A DNA stretch of 64,000 nucleotides from Enoplolaimus lenunculus (Eukaryota). A program made the position numbers and the translations under genes. Shown piece by piece: positions 25,685-39,105 of the stretch. The stretch lies in contig JASANG010003525.1 in NCBI GenBank assembly GCA_030248215.1, positions 248,001 through 312,000 of the forward strand. The letters are read 5' to 3'. Under the pieces are notes generated by a model. It was not told the DNA's origin and made no database searches. It saw only the letters and a program-made list of their open reading frames with translations. How positions within the stretch are numbered: the first letter of the stretch is position 1; every line of letters starts with the position of its first letter.

Positions 25685-26912
25685 TACCCGCCTTAATTGT
25701 TTTTGTCGCAAAGAACAACACATTTTTCAAACTTTCATACTTCAGTATCCGTTTTCCGTTTGTCATTTCATTATTTTTTATTATCTGTTTTACAGCCTGA
25801 TATATACAATGTATATATAACGATTCTTTCCTTTGCTTCCATCAACAAATTTAGGGTCATATAAATGTGTGCCTTCAAAGAAGCACGGGGCCTCATTTAA
25901 AGCAAGCTATCAATTTGGTATAAGTGTTATAGCGCAATAAAATACAAAATATATTACCCATAACAGTCTGGCTTTAGTTTTACAGACAAAGCCAACAAAA
26001 TCTCGGCTTCAAATAAACTCGTCATAAGGGAACACTACAGGGTTTTACGAATTGTTTAATTTCTGTTGTTGCTTCATTTGATTTTTAAATTTTTAAAATG
26101 ACCGTTTTGGGACCAAAACAGATCACAAAGCAGTGCTGGAATGACGCACCGAACTTGTTAAGTCAGTTATAATACAGATGTATTTTTTTATGAAATAATG
26201 GCGTCTTTATATATTTGCTTTCGAGGAATTAAATTTTATTCAGATGTTGGCTAAAAGTTTATCCGCAGCATCAATATTTTAGGTCATCTGAAATCTGAAT
26301 CATTTTTTGTTGAAAGTTTTTATAAAATCTTTTCATATCAACTCTAACGCCAATTACCCTGATAAAATCCGAATATTACATGAATGAGAACTAATAGGCT
26401 GTTTAACATAATGTTAGGTTTAGCCTTAGGTTTAAGCTTGAGTTCTGGTTCAGGTTTTAGGCTTTGTGTAACGCTCAGGCTTAGGCTAACGGTCAGCCTG
26501 GGTTTGGCTTAGGTTTAGGCTTAGGGACACTGGAAAATCTAGCGAGCTAGCAGTCTGAAACACTGGAACAATGGCAAATTCCCAGTCGGCTGACCATTTT
26601 TGGTATCATAGCATGAGCTTAAAGTTTTCTGTGGAACGTTTAGTATTTTGGGATAAAAACTAGCGTTAACGTTGAATTTTTTTATGATTGAGGTTAAAAT
26701 CGTTGACTTTCTTTTTGAAACGCAACCGCGGAATCGTAATTTTAAAAACAAAAATTTATTCAGGAAACGGACATCGTTCTTTTACTTGAAACACCGACAA
26801 AACTGATTTGCACAATAATGATTTTGAGGCATGAATAGTTTCTAGCTAGTATTACGTCAGAAAATACTTAAATCTTGCTTAAAAGCTAACTTACCTACAG
26901 AGTTTAATAAAT

Positions 26913-27395
26913 ATGACATTAGCTATTATTTTTCTACTACATTCTCACTATGCCACCAGCGTTTGCTCAGAACAGAGCGCACGAACCGACTCGACTTCTG
27001 CTCCGAGCCACCGCAGCTCAAGCAGACACCCGTCACCGGAAGAAGAAATTAGTTTTTGGGAGCAAGGCAGTGGATTAGCGGTTTTTGGCACCGTTTGTGG
27101 AAGTGTTGTTATCAGCGGCACCGTCATACTATTAATCTATTATAGTTGTCGATTTTGTTGTCATAGAGGGACTTCAAAAACAACAATTAGCAACAAATTA
27201 TCCATGCGATCTCAAATTTTGTTTCCAACCTGTGGATATGGCAATGACGGGCAAATAATTGAAAACGGGTATATTGCTCAGACAATGCCGGTGAGCTGGA
27301 CCGGATATCACATAGCGGGTAATGAATCTCTATGTCAACATGGCCTCGACGAGCTTAATAGGACTAATTGGAAGAACGGAAGCAGAGATATGTAA
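26913..27395 (+). CDS. Putative small single-pass membrane protein (160 aa), unknown family
   Basis: Longest ORF in the track. Hydrophobic N-terminus, S/T/P-rich stalk, hydrophobic segment GLAVFGTVCGSVVISGTVILLIYYSC followed by basic/Cys-rich RFCCHRG. Acceptor-like CTACAG ends at 26900, in frame 12 nt before the ATG; AATAAA near 27814 and 27962. No recognised homology. Confidence 0.5.
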   Translation: MTLAIIFLLHSHYATSVCSEQSARTDSTSAPSHRSSSRHPSPEEEISFWEQGSGLAVFGTVCGSVVISGTVILLIYYSCRFCCHRGTSKTTISNKLSMRSQILFPTCGYGNDGQIIENGYIAQTMPVSWTGYHIAGNESLCQHGLDELNRTNWKNGSRDM

Positions 27396-27999
27396 TATGG
27401 GCGTCCTAACATTAGTTCCAAACTGCTAAAAAGTCAAGAAGACAATAGACGTGTTGTTTCTTTCAACGCGCTCCCAAATACACAATGCCCATCACAGGTA
27501 GCGACAACGTGGTAACCTTATACTGGAGTGGCCTGAATTTAGAGTGGGTAAAAGTCGGAGGTCCCTAGTCTTTGAGTCTGAATCCTTAAGAATCTTAATC
27601 AATAATTAAGGTCCGTATAAATGGATAGGGCGCCAAATTACTTTGACTCCGTAAACGACAACTGCTCTAGATTGCGTGCTCCGCCAGTAAAATTCGGTGA
27701 CAAAATTTGATTGACTATTCAAAGTATATATACTTATAATTCAAGCTGCATGTATAATAATTCAAGCTGCATATATACCCAAGAGTTAGTATATTCCTAA
27801 AGTAACGAACGGCAATAAATCATAAAGAATGAGTGTCATAGTAAAAAAGCTTTGAGGTCCAAATGACAGGTTTTATGTACCTAAAAATTACTAATTAGAC
27901 TTCATAAAGCTAACGACTACAGCCCTCATTAACAAATTGTGTGAATGCTTCCTAAAAATCAAATAAAGTTCAGTACGCAATTTTATTCATTACTTAATG

Positions 28000-28447
28000 T
28001 ACTGTAGTGACCTGAATAAGAGGGGGGACTGATATTTATTTGGCCTTTCCAGAGGGTACCCCCCTTGTTATTCGGTTACGGACTGTTATTTATTTTTAAC
28101 CCACGCTCCGCCGCCCTTCGTTACTATTATATATCAGGTACTGCAATAATCCGTTCAATTAAACGTTTATTTGTCTTGTGTCAATGGCTTGAGCGATAAT
28201 ACAAGGTTATACTTAGGAACGTACTTTGAAAGCTTAAGTACGCTTTAAAGTTTTCAACTCAAATTATTTGGACCTGGAGTCATTTATGTGCTACAATTAG
28301 GGTTCATTGACATTTATAGACTCTAATGAGGGTTTAGGAACTCTATCCGCTTACGGACTCATATTAGGGATACTGACTCCAATTGATTCGGTCTCAAAAT
28401 GGGAATCCCCCTCTTATTACCCCCCTCTTATTCGGGTCAATACAGCA
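28000..28447. mobile_element. MITE with TACTGTAGTGACCCGAATAAGA TIR (Tc1/mariner/pogo-like); other copies at 11004-11373, 21403-21854 and partial 23282-23645
   Basis: Terminal inverted repeats and a shared internal sequence are visible in four copies; the superfamily is inferred from the TA termini. Confidence 0.8.
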
Positions 28448-28639
28448 TATATTTACCTATTTTAATTTTAAACAAAAAGCAACATGTCAAAGGCTTAAAA
28501 GTTGTTTAATAAAAATCATAAATTGACTGACATCAATGAAATATTCAGCCCCCCCTGGCAAGATGAGCTGGCTACGGGCCTGGTGGTTTAAATAACTGGA
28601 GATGGGTTGAAAAATAAATAACAGTAAGTAAAATACTTG

Positions 28640-28820
28640 GGCCGATGTAAAGATCGTTGACGGAACGCTTTTCTACGGGACTACCATAGAGTAAGCTTAA
28701 GCTTTAGATATATTTTTTGGTTTAAAGCACATTCTTACGTTTACGCTCCCGCGTACGCTTTAGGCTTAGGCTTACGAATACGTTTATATTGCCGTTACGG
28801 CCCTGTTCTACACATTGGCC
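28640..28820. mobile_element. Telomere-repeat-bearing MITE
   Basis: GGCCGATGTAAAGA...TACACATTGGCC termini; degenerate TSD AATACTTG/CATAATTG. Confidence 0.8.
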
Positions 28821-31042
28821 CATAATTGCTAAAGAGGATTTGCTAATTTTTCGTTAAAAACTATAATTTAAAAATTTGAAAAAGGCTTCTTCACCGAAAT
28901 ATTTTGAATCTGATGTCACTTTCAATAAGAAGGATGATCACTGTTAGACAAGAGTATGCACCTAGCACGGTTCTCAATGGTACAAAATGTGGATGTTTTG
29001 CGGTATCCTCCGACTGGAGTTTGTCCAAAAGTGGTTGTATTTTGAAAGTTTTTGCATATTTTGAGCTTCTCATGGATTTATCTTTTTGACAAAAACATGC
29101 TTTGGGTCCAAAAAAGAGGATCTTGGACAATAAAGTCGAATTTTTAAAAAACTCAAATTTGAGTTTCGCATAACCTTCCCTGATCATACACGCTCAAATT
29201 TGAATTTTTGAAAAATTAGAGTTTTTGTGGTTCTAAGGTCAGTTCCTGTTGCACTCAAGTAATTTTTTTGTCAAAGAAAATTTTTTATATCATTCGGCGC
29301 AGCTTTTGGAAGTTGGTCGAATGATGCTAAACTCTCTGCATTCAGACGCCTCGAGTTATTGTGAAATACTGGTGTGGTACTGACTTAAATGGTTTGTAGC
29401 GCAACAAATCAGCTATTTGACAATAACTCGTTAACCCAAACGTCTGTCCAATGGTGCTAAATTCTCCGCAATCCGACGTCTCGAGTTATTGTCAAATAGC
29501 GCAACCAATCAGCTATTTGACAATAACTCGTTTACTAAGACGTCTGCTGCGAAAAATTCAATACCATTCGACCCAGCTCCGCAAGCTACCTCGTATGGTG
29601 TATAGTTTGATTAAATCTTTGGCAATTTTTGGGGTCACAAAGACAAACTCGGGACCTTAAAAAATCGAACCTTCAAAAACGCAAATTTGGGCATGGAATA
29701 ATCAGGGGAGGTCATGAGAAGCTCAAATATGCTAAAATGTTCGAAATCCAACATCGGCGCGCGTTCTGTTACTGCCCTATTTCCTTCAATTTGGGGGATC
29801 GATATCATACACAATGCAACTTGTATTTCAATAAATACTGCTATTTTTTAGAACTCTCTAAATGCTTAAACCAACTCGATTTTAGCTTAAGCTATTCTAG
29901 CAGCGTTATAAACTAATTTTCAAGATTAACTAAACTAACCTGTAGGGTACGCTTAAAATTATTTAAAACGGTGCTTATTTTTAGTTTAATCTAAACTTAA
30001 TGAATTGTAAAATCCGCATTGTTTCTGAGCAGCACTAATACATTTAACTTAAAATATAGTTTTCTTAAACTCGGCCTAACCATAAAAATATGTCAACTCA
30101 AGGTTAAAATTCTTGTTTAGTTAGTCCGTCCAGTCGTTAAGTTTTACTTTTACACTGCCATTCAACTTTAATTAAGCTATAATTTAAGTTTACAATATTA
30201 GAGGGAAAAGCGAAGCAGTTTTTTTAAATTAATGCATCGGTTCATCTCTCTAGCACCTATAGTTAGTACGAGTTGCGAACGATACGAACTAGAAAAAATG
30301 CTCACTTTCTGTATTTAAACTTGTTCAAACAAGCCTATTTTTGGTTCCGGCATAGCTTTTAAAATTAATTTTGTTTTCGAACGCCGGCTCCGACCCGGTA
30401 GATATTTGCAACGCCAACATCAAAATGCTTGCGTTGCAGATCCGAGGTCCGCAGTATTCGTGGGTAGAAGACTGGTACAAGCATCATGTATATATGGTTT
30501 TATAAGATTACATGCATAAAATTGTAAAAACATAGATCTCTTATACAAAAGAATACTCATTGTTTTATATTGTAACGATGCTAAGCAAAACATGTGCTGG
30601 ACACTCCAGCTAGTAAAGTATATGATAGATATCTCGCCCCAAGATATAATTGCATAACTCAACAGAAATTAATTTATTTCTGCTGCATAAACCATAAGTT
30701 AGCATAAAGGAAAACATTATGAATTCCAGTGAGTTCATTTTAACTCAGAATGAGTTGAATGCACTAAGAAGTGCGAGCTCTGAATTAGGTCTTTCACAAC
30801 TAAGAATTCTGAATTGTTTGCACTCATTCTGAATTAATTAATCAACTCGTCCGGAATTAAATCAGCTTAGAATGAGTTGATATATACTTTTATTAACTCA
30901 GAAACAACCAAAAATAACCAATTCTTTCTCTGAGTTGATTAATCAACTCACTGGAATTTACAGCGAAGACACTTATTCTAAGCACCTATCAGCAAACAGT
31001 AAATGTTAAAATAAGTGTGCAACGCTTGAAAAATTAGGTCTG

Positions 31043-31492
31043 TTTCGTTATCCCTCAAACCAGCTGGCGTTTGCCCGAAACGGTTGCATTTTGAAAATTT
31101 TTGCATATTTGACCTTTTCATGACCTCCCCATGCCCAAATTTGAATTTTCGAAAAACTCGATTTTTAAGGTCCCTAGGTCACCGTCACCGGGACCCAAAA
31201 AATTTTTTGTCGAAAAGTTGAACAAATTATACACCATTCGATTGCGGAAATCTTAACACTACTACACTCAGCTCAACAGGGTGTCGAATGGTATATAATT
31301 TGTGTAACCTTTTACAAAAGCATTTTTTGTGTCACAAGGGGGACCTTCGGACTAAAAAATCGAATTTTTCAAATATTCAAATTTGGGCATGGAATGATCA
31401 GGGGAGGTCGGGATAACCTCAAATATGCAAAAATTTTCAAAATCTAACCATTTTTGGGCAAACACCGGCTGAGGGGGATAACGCAAAAGACC
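31043..31492. mobile_element. Long foldback element; relatives at ~28990-29790 and ~32671-33160 (collagen intron 5)
   Basis: ~200-bp arms in inverted orientation (TTTTGAAAATTTTTGCATATTTGA vs TCAAATATGCAAAAATTTTCAAAA; CCATGCCCAAATTTGAA vs TTCAAATTTGGGCATGG). Confidence 0.82.
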
Positions 31493-31510
31493 CGAAAATT
31501 TTTACAATAA

Positions 31511-31773
31511 CCCCTTCTCACATTGAGTTGCCTGTAGACAACTCAGCGCAGTGTATATACGTTAAATAGTATATATCGCACCGTGTTTAACAATTGCAAC
31601 ACGTATACATAGTACTAACTCTCCACAAGACGTGAGAGCCCCGTCGGGCTCGAGCGTCAAGCTCCTATAACTGAGTGGTGATGGTATACGCCTCCCCCTC
31701 CAGTCACTGGAGTTCGAATCCTAACATAAAAGTAGGTCTCAGGGGAAATAGAAAATATTCATGTGAGAAAGGG
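31511..31773. mobile_element. piggyBac-like MITE (CCC..GGG ends, TTAA target); relatives at 23240-23816 and ~5083-5287
   Basis: TIR CCCTTCTCACAT / ATGTGAGAAAGGG followed by TTAA; the 23240-23816 copy has TTAA on both sides. Confidence 0.75.
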
Positions 31774-31889
31774 TTAAAATTTTGAAAGTGTTATCTCCAA
31801 ACGAATGAAAGGTGCTATTCACATTTCAGAATACAAGCTTAGGTGTAAGCGAAAACAATTGCAAAAATTAAATATTAGTCTTCTATCCG

Positions 31890-34800
31890 TTAATATCCAG
31901 GAGCGGTTCTTGGTGCAGGACACTGAGTACACGATCCAATAGCGCCCTGTTGTCCAGGATCACCAGGTGATCCTGGCCAGCCCAAACCGCCCCGTTTGCC
32001 AGATTTGCCTGAAATTGCACAACAGCGAATATAAAAACCCTTTATACTGCAAATAGGCATTCAATCTTCAGTGGCATTCTGATAAGTCTACAAGGTTTGT
32101 CACCTTAACGGATAGTTTTATACTACCTGGAAGTGGGTTTAGGATGCACATAAAGTTAAAATTATTCCACTTACAATATTCTGTACTGTCCCAAGCAGGG
32201 CGTAAACCGATAAAATAACAATGGACCGTGGTCAAAAGAACTGAAACGATCGAAAAACAGCTTACTGATAAATTGACTGATTTATAGGTAATTCACAACT
32301 CACTACGAGCATAAAAGTAACGGAAATTCCGGTATTTCTATAACGGAGACGGACATCGATTTCTACCAGAAACAGGAATCAGGTTACCACCTGGTCACAA
32401 AACATTTACAAATGCATATTAAGCCTAACTTGAGCCAAACGCTATCTTTGAAACCAAACACCGGGTGTGTACGCGTTAAATTGCCACAAATATAACACCA
32501 CAGAAGAAATGGACTCAAACAAAACTGCCGCGATTCAGTTATAGGCCTGGCCATTGGGAGACAAGGGAACTGGTTGACTTAGAGAATGCGAAGCTAAAGT
32601 TAGGCTTAGGTTTTGGCTTATGCTTAGTGAGCAAGCCGCATTCTTCACATGACCGGTTCTTATATTGGGCCTTTTCGGTTATTCCCCCAGCTCGCGTTTG
32701 CCCAAAAGTGGTTGGATTTTAAAATTTTTCGCATATTTGAGCTTCTCATGGCCTTCCCTGATAATTCCATGGTGGTGTTAATTTTTTTGTAATCAGACGA
32801 TTGGTTAACGAAACGAGTTATTGTCAAAAATAACTGATTGGGCGCGCTGCCAACGATTTGGGTTGGCGCCAAATCAGTTATGGACCATAATTCGTTAACC
32901 AATCGTCTGATTGCAAAAAATTTAACACCGTTGGCCTCAGCTCCGCAAGCTGCATGAAATGTTTTATAATTTGTTAAGTTTTTGGACAAAAGTTTTTTCG
33001 GTCCCAAGGAGGGACCTTTGGGACAAAAAAATCGAATTTTTCAAAAATTCAAATTTGGGTTTGAAATGGTAAAGGCAAATTAGGAGAAGCTCAAATGTGC
33101 AAAAAATTTTCAAACGACCACTTTTGGGCTATCGCGGGCTGTGTGGGACAAAAGAAAAGATTCCTTATACTTGTTTTAAAAACTAAAACATTTTTATGCT
33201 ATTAAAGTTCGTCAAATTGTTGATTTTTAGTATACAATCGAAACTGAAATATATATATTTACACTATTAATTATACATACAACGAATTCCGGTTTAATAA
33301 ACATCATTACCTCTAGTTCCAACTCTACCCAATGAACCAAAACTGCCAATAATCCCGTTTTCTCCTTTTGGTCCAGTTGGTCCTCGTGGACCTTGGACTC
33401 CTTGTGGTCCAGGCAGTCCATCAGGCGCTACCATAATCATGATTTTTCCTCGGTTGCCCTGAAGCAGTGTCAAATATTATATTGTTTTTGTAAACAAAAT
33501 ATTTTCGCAATAAATCGTGAGCATATATGTAAATCAGTAGCAACCCGCTTTACAACAGTCGTTTTCTTCATGGTAATAATACAATTGAGCGATACTGCAT
33601 CAAAAAAATTGATATAAGCACCCGTAGTTGGGCTCATATGCAACATTTCTAGTGTACTCTGGTGTCCAACGTGTTCGTAGTATTTACTGTTGTGCTGGAA
33701 CGCAGCCCAAAATACGTATGTGGATCGTTGCAGCTTTAATAATATAGATATAAAAATAGTAAAAACTACGAAACACAAGTAGTATTGTCACTGCAGAATT
33801 TTAACTTTTAGCGTTGAATGATTTGACCGCAAGCATTTGTGATAATGCCACGCAGGTTTTATTGTGGAAGATGCATTACGTTCGCCATTTATAATACCGG
33901 CCAAGTGCTGTGAAATTTCGTTGCTATTGCTGAACACATTTCAATGATATCTGCGACACACAGCTAAACTTTCAAATAGTTCAACGTAAATACTAACAGG
34001 TTCAGAGGCAGACTAAGGGCGGCGCTATACTTTTAATGACATCCGTTACCGTGTGTCACCGTGCGTTATCGTGCATGAATAACTCACGTACAATACCATA
34101 TAGTGACAGACGGTAACGCACGGCGCCGTGCACGCCCGACAAACATAACGAAACCATTTTGGATTCTGCAGGCCTTAGGCTAATTTGTTGGCCGGGCACT
34201 CACAAGCCATTACATCCTAGCAGCATTTTATTTCCACGTTCGACTGTTGGATGCGAATTACAGTAGCAGATGTAAAGAGTTTACACTTATTTGAATGCAT
34301 CAGCTGACAATAAATCACATAATAAATGAGATCAAACGTACCTGCGGTCCAGGACGGCCTTTTGAACCCGGTCCACCAGGTCCACCGGCATCACCTGGGG
34401 GGCCTCTCCGCCCTTGTCGGCCAGGCATTCCTCTTGCTCCAGGTGATCCAGTAGGTCCCATATTTCCCTTTCGTCTGAAATTAGAACGTGTATGCCCAAT
34501 AGCGAGTGTGGCACCTACCATTAATCAGCAACAAATTTAAAAATAAGCGAACTAAAGCAAAATTTCAAAATTTGGGCAGAAGATAAACACGATACACCAA
34601 AATTTTATTGCTACGTTCGAAGTCTAGTTGTTCGAAAGACACAAGACTTATGACCACAACACTGTAAATTCCAGTGAACTGATTATAATTCAGCATGAGT
34701 TGAATCAACGAGTCTGAATTAGTGCTATGTATCAAAATTCAGAATTAATTAATCGTCAACAATTAACCAATTATACGTTCACGATGCTGGCCGAAGGCAA

Positions 34801-37612
34801 TTTTGTTACTTACCCTGGGTTACCCTGTAGACCTGGCGGTCCTCCCGGACACTTGATACAGATATCGTCAGGCAACTTTGGTGCTTTAACATTTCCAAAG
34901 TTGCCGTCGACGCCTTTGACACCACGAGGTCCTTCGCTACCTGGTTCGCCTTCTGGACCAGGATCGCCTACCGGCCCTGCTGGGCCTTGATGACAGGTGC
35001 AACCTGAAATAACGTTCAATTCAATACAAAATTTAAAATTTAGTTTTCAACTGATTTTTAATTTTAGCAAAATTAAGAACATAAAACAGTAAAAAAATTG
35101 AACCATTCAATCCGAAATAACTATTATTTTTGCGTGTTTAGAGTTTGGGTGGCACTATACTTGTCGGCCGGAGCCATCCGGCGACGTCCGTCAGCATACG
35201 GTATCGTACGTGAGTATAATTTATATACGATACCGTACGATGTCGGACGCCGCCGAACGGTGACAGTCGGTGACGGATGGCGACAGACGGTGTCGGATGG
35301 CGACCGACGGTGGCGAACGATGACAGACGTCATCAAACGTATAATGTCACCCTTAGGTAATTTTTTATATTCTCCACGCATCGCGAATACGAGCCAAACT
35401 CAAGTTTATTTTTTATTTAAGCTTTGCTGTACAAAGTGCAAACACTCAATCAGCCTTGGGCGGATTGCAAATAACCAAACAAGTTAGTTTCATTAAATCT
35501 TTTAACGCAGATAATAAGCCAGCAGTTAAATAAGCTTAAATTCATAATTATTCATTACGTTCAGGATTTACCAGCCTCACCAAAAGTCTCGTTCGTCAAC
35601 TGGCTTCAGTTATGGCTCATGTACAAACTCATTCGTTACAAACTAAAATCTTTCGATGAAGCATTTAAGACAAGCTGGGCATACTATAATCTGCTTTGCC
35701 GTTCGATTGCTACGAGGGCTCCAGCGGACCCCGTCAGTAAGGGTTTTTGTGCCATATCTGAGGAATGACGGCAGCTAGAGAACTCAAATTCCGTGAGAAT
35801 TTAAAACTAATACAGTTCATATATGTGTAAAATTTCGTTACTAAATCTGCCATTGTTTCAAGGTTATAACAATAAGAGCCCGCTGGGGACCCCTCTTTAG
35901 AAATCTGTGGACACAGCTCAACGCCTGTATGAGGAACGCGTATAACAAAGCTTACATTGGGATGTGGCGGCAGCTCCTAAAATGGCCGGATCAGGCCTTC
36001 TGCCATACATAGGATTCGATGGCCGGATCCCAGGCCTGTTTCCGCGTGAATCCCGGGACAGAAATTGACCAAATAGCCATGCTCCGTTGCCAGAGCTTCG
36101 TTTTTCGCGCGTCTGCGCTCGAGCAGCGAACGATGAATGAATCCGTGATTTCAATTCTTGCGATTTGGTCTGAAATATTTTTTCCTGATGTCAAAGTATA
36201 AAAAATATACAAACTACATTTTGAAATTATCAAATTTACAAAATATTTAACTTCACTTCTGTAAATATACCAGTTGAAATATACAATCAAAAATCATATT
36301 TTTCAATTTGTAAAATTCGACAAATATTCAGAAATTTTAACTCCAGACGGGGTTCGCAAACAACTCCTCTCAAAATCAATTAACAAAATTTGCCAATTTT
36401 CAAAATGCAACAATCTCTTAAGTTTTCACGAACATAGTTCACTTGTTACACAAACAATTCGTTTCAAAATAATTCGCAAACAAATTTCAAATTCCACAAA
36501 TTCTTTAAATTAAATCATCAATTTTAAGTTTTATTTAATTTCAAGTTCCTAAACACCGCCACTCAAACGTTTCAAATATAATTTTCTAACTCAGAAAATT
36601 TAAGAATTTTTTCAAATTCGACTTGATCACCACGTTTATCGAATCGGCACCTGTTGTTAATAGGCCTGAGCACCAGAAACAGGGCAACTAGATGACTTAA
36701 GGAGGCTTAGGCATAAACTTATATTTTTAGCAATATTATTAAGCTTTGGCTAAGGCTTAAGTTTATGCGTAGATTAAGACCTGGGTGCAACCGGAATTCC
36801 GGTTCTGGTTGCGAAATCTGGCATTGTTAACTGAGCGGTTCCGGTAATAAATAAATCCGGTATTTTTTCACTGGAACTTTCGGGTATTTTCAGTATTGAA
36901 GGTTTTTGTCACTCGAAAATTTTACCAAAAGTTTGCATATTATTTTAACTTATTTTTCTAAAATTGCCTGAGCGTGTATTGCGAAAATTTTCAGTTTATG
37001 CCATACTCCATAATTTATCATACGTTTCCAGCTACTACATTTGTTTCAGGATTTGGCACTCTAAAATCTAAATGGTGTGTTTACACCATTAAAAGCGACA
37101 AAATAGCGTTAAAAACGAATTTTTCGGTAACATGTATTTTTGCATTCCGGCTCCGGTTTCCGGCATTTCATAATTCCGATTGCATCCTGGTTAAGACACA
37201 GGCTTAGGTTTAAGCTTAGGCTAACGTTTAACCTTAGCCTTAGGTTTAAGATTAGGCTTTTGTTTAAGTTTAGACTTACGTTTAAGCTTAGGCTTAGATT
37301 TAGCTTAGTCATAGGTTTAAGGTTACGCTTAGATTTAAGTTTAGGCTTAGGTTCAAATTTAGGCTTAGGTTTAAACTTTAGGTTTGATGAAACAGCCCGT
37401 AACATGGACCATCAAAATGTGATATGATTTGGTTTTACCTGGCAAAATTGAAATTCGTCGAACATACGCGATTGTAATTGTTGAATGTATAAATACAACA
37501 TTGGCAGTGTTACAATAACACTAACAACCGCAACTGTTGACAATACAACGGCGATAAACGCGACCCGCCTGGCTTGTTTGCGGACCAACGCATCGTCCAT
37601 CGTTTTATCCAT
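31890..37612 (-). CDS. Nematode cuticle collagen, about 325 aa
   Basis: 6 exons (minus): 37612-37439, 36169-35956, 35003-34814, 34474-34342, 33458-33311, 32008-31890 (TAA). Col_cuticle_N-type hydrophobic segment (RRVAFIAVVLSTVAVVSVIVTLPMLY..FCQ), furin site REKR, CCTC before Gly-X-Y, CIKCPGGPPG, interrupted Gly-X-Y blocks, C-terminal CTQCPAPRTAPGY. Confidence 0.95.
35147..35353. mobile_element. Harbinger/Tourist-like MITE in collagen intron 2
   Basis: TIR GGGTGGCACTATAC / GTATAATGTCACCC between TTT and TTA; internal GACGG/CCGTC repeats. Similar fragments at ~34017-34145 and ~61570-61740. Confidence 0.7.
36703..37386 (+). repeat. Degenerate interstitial (TTAGGC)n tract in collagen intron 1, split by a MITE
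   Basis: About 30 hexamers at 37200-37386 plus about 12 at 36703-36780. Similar tracts at 7300-7323, 15378-15430, 26413-26526, 32598-32628 and 43608-43715. Confidence 0.9.
36781..37189. mobile_element. hAT-like MITE, second subfamily (inverted relative at ~58864-59214), inserted into a telomere-like tract
   Basis: TSD ATTAAGAC/GTTAAGAC; the internal sequence is the reverse complement of ~58900-59200. Confidence 0.82.
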
Positions 37613-38727
37613 ATTATCTCCAGTGATTACGCTTATAATAAACTCTTAAGTAATTGTCTACAACATTAATAATAAGCACTTCAAAACGCTTACAATTACA
37701 AACTTATCACTGAGATGATTTTATTGCTAAACTGTAACGAAAAATCGTATATGTTTTATATCAGGCTATAAACACATATTGTAATAAAAACGGAAACGGA
37801 TAGTGAAATATAGAAGTTTCAAAAATGTTTTATTTTTCTGCCAACACAATTGAGGCATGCAACTGTTCACTTGGCTTTCTGAAAATATAAAGAAAAGTAG
37901 CGGAAGCACCAATTATAACACTTGGTATGGAACAATAACAGAATATCTATAATAAAAAGCTGTAAAATGTACACGTGTGTAATAATTAATTTTAAGCATA
38001 AAAATAGCAGAATTTCCCGTATTTTTATAACGGAAACGGAAACCGATTTTTACCGGAAACAGATATCCGGTTACACCCTGGTTTATATAACTTATTTGCT
38101 AAAACAAATCATACGGCACATGTGTACTCTTGTATAGCGAGTTGAAAAGGGCTGCTCGAAGCCCCAAGCTTCATGGGACTGCCAACTGAGTATTACGGGG
38201 TTATTGTAGGCACGTTGAAAAGACGTGCTCTCAAATAAGAATATGTTTCCAATGCAGTTACCATATATAATAACGTTGACAAAGGTTACACAAAATGATA
38301 TTGATTGCATTATTGTTTCTGACATGGTTAAATAATCACGCACCCGTAGCCAGCTCACCTTGCTAGGGAGGCTAAACTGTTTTCCAGGTGAAATATACAA
38401 GCGTTTTGATAACTTACAAGCAAAAATTTTCAAGGGGGGAAGCAAAATTCTTCCAGATGGGCTTGAGACCCTTGGCACCACTATGGCTAAGGGCCCAAAT
38501 AAGCAGCGAACCCGTTGGCAGTGGTTGAGCCAAGCAGGCTCAGACAGTTCACCAAATAGCGTTAGTTTTCAGGAAAATCTTTGGCCTCGCATATATTTAA
38601 ACAATAGTGAAATTTTTAGCCCACCTGTCACATATTGAACTGCCCTCTGTGCTGGATAAGTAGTCTACCAGTTTATAACATCAAACGATTTGGTTATTAT
38701 CAGCTGTGCACCAGCCATACAAACTTG

Positions 38728-39105
38728 GGCCAATGTAAACAATAGTGTCGGAACAGTGCACTCACTGCAAAAAATGGTGAGTCAAAGTGACTCTCTCCGA
38801 AATAGGCTTTTCCGGACTACACAAACTGAGTCAAACTCAACTCCACCATAGTCAAACGTGCGACTCAGTGAGTCGAACTTGACTCTGGCTGAGTCAAATT
38901 TGACTCAGTTTGTGTAATACCGTAGAACCTATTTCGGAAAGAGTCAGTTTGACTAACCATTTTTTGCAGTGTAGCATAAGCATATTCCTACGCCTAAGTT
39001 TAAGGCTAAGCCTAAGCGTAAACCAAGCAACTATAAAACGAAACCTTAAGCTTACTCTATTCCAGTCCCACAGAAAAACGTTCCGCCCTGATCTTTGCAA
39101 GGGCC
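38728..39105. mobile_element. Telomere-repeat-bearing MITE with a nested CACTG-ended element (38763-38971)
   Basis: TSD CAAACTTG on both sides. The inner element has TIR CACTGCAAAAAATGGT / ACCATTTTTTGCAGTG and internal GAGTCAAA/TGACTC repeats. Confidence 0.88.

Noticed and set aside
35098..35487. 129-aa and 85-aa overlapping ORFs in collagen intron 2
   Set aside because: Explained by a GC-rich, internally repetitive MITE.
37109..37427. Lys/Pro- and Leu/Arg-rich ORFs (also 59765-60133 and 38894-39223)
   Set aside because: Translations of degenerate TTAGGC tracts.
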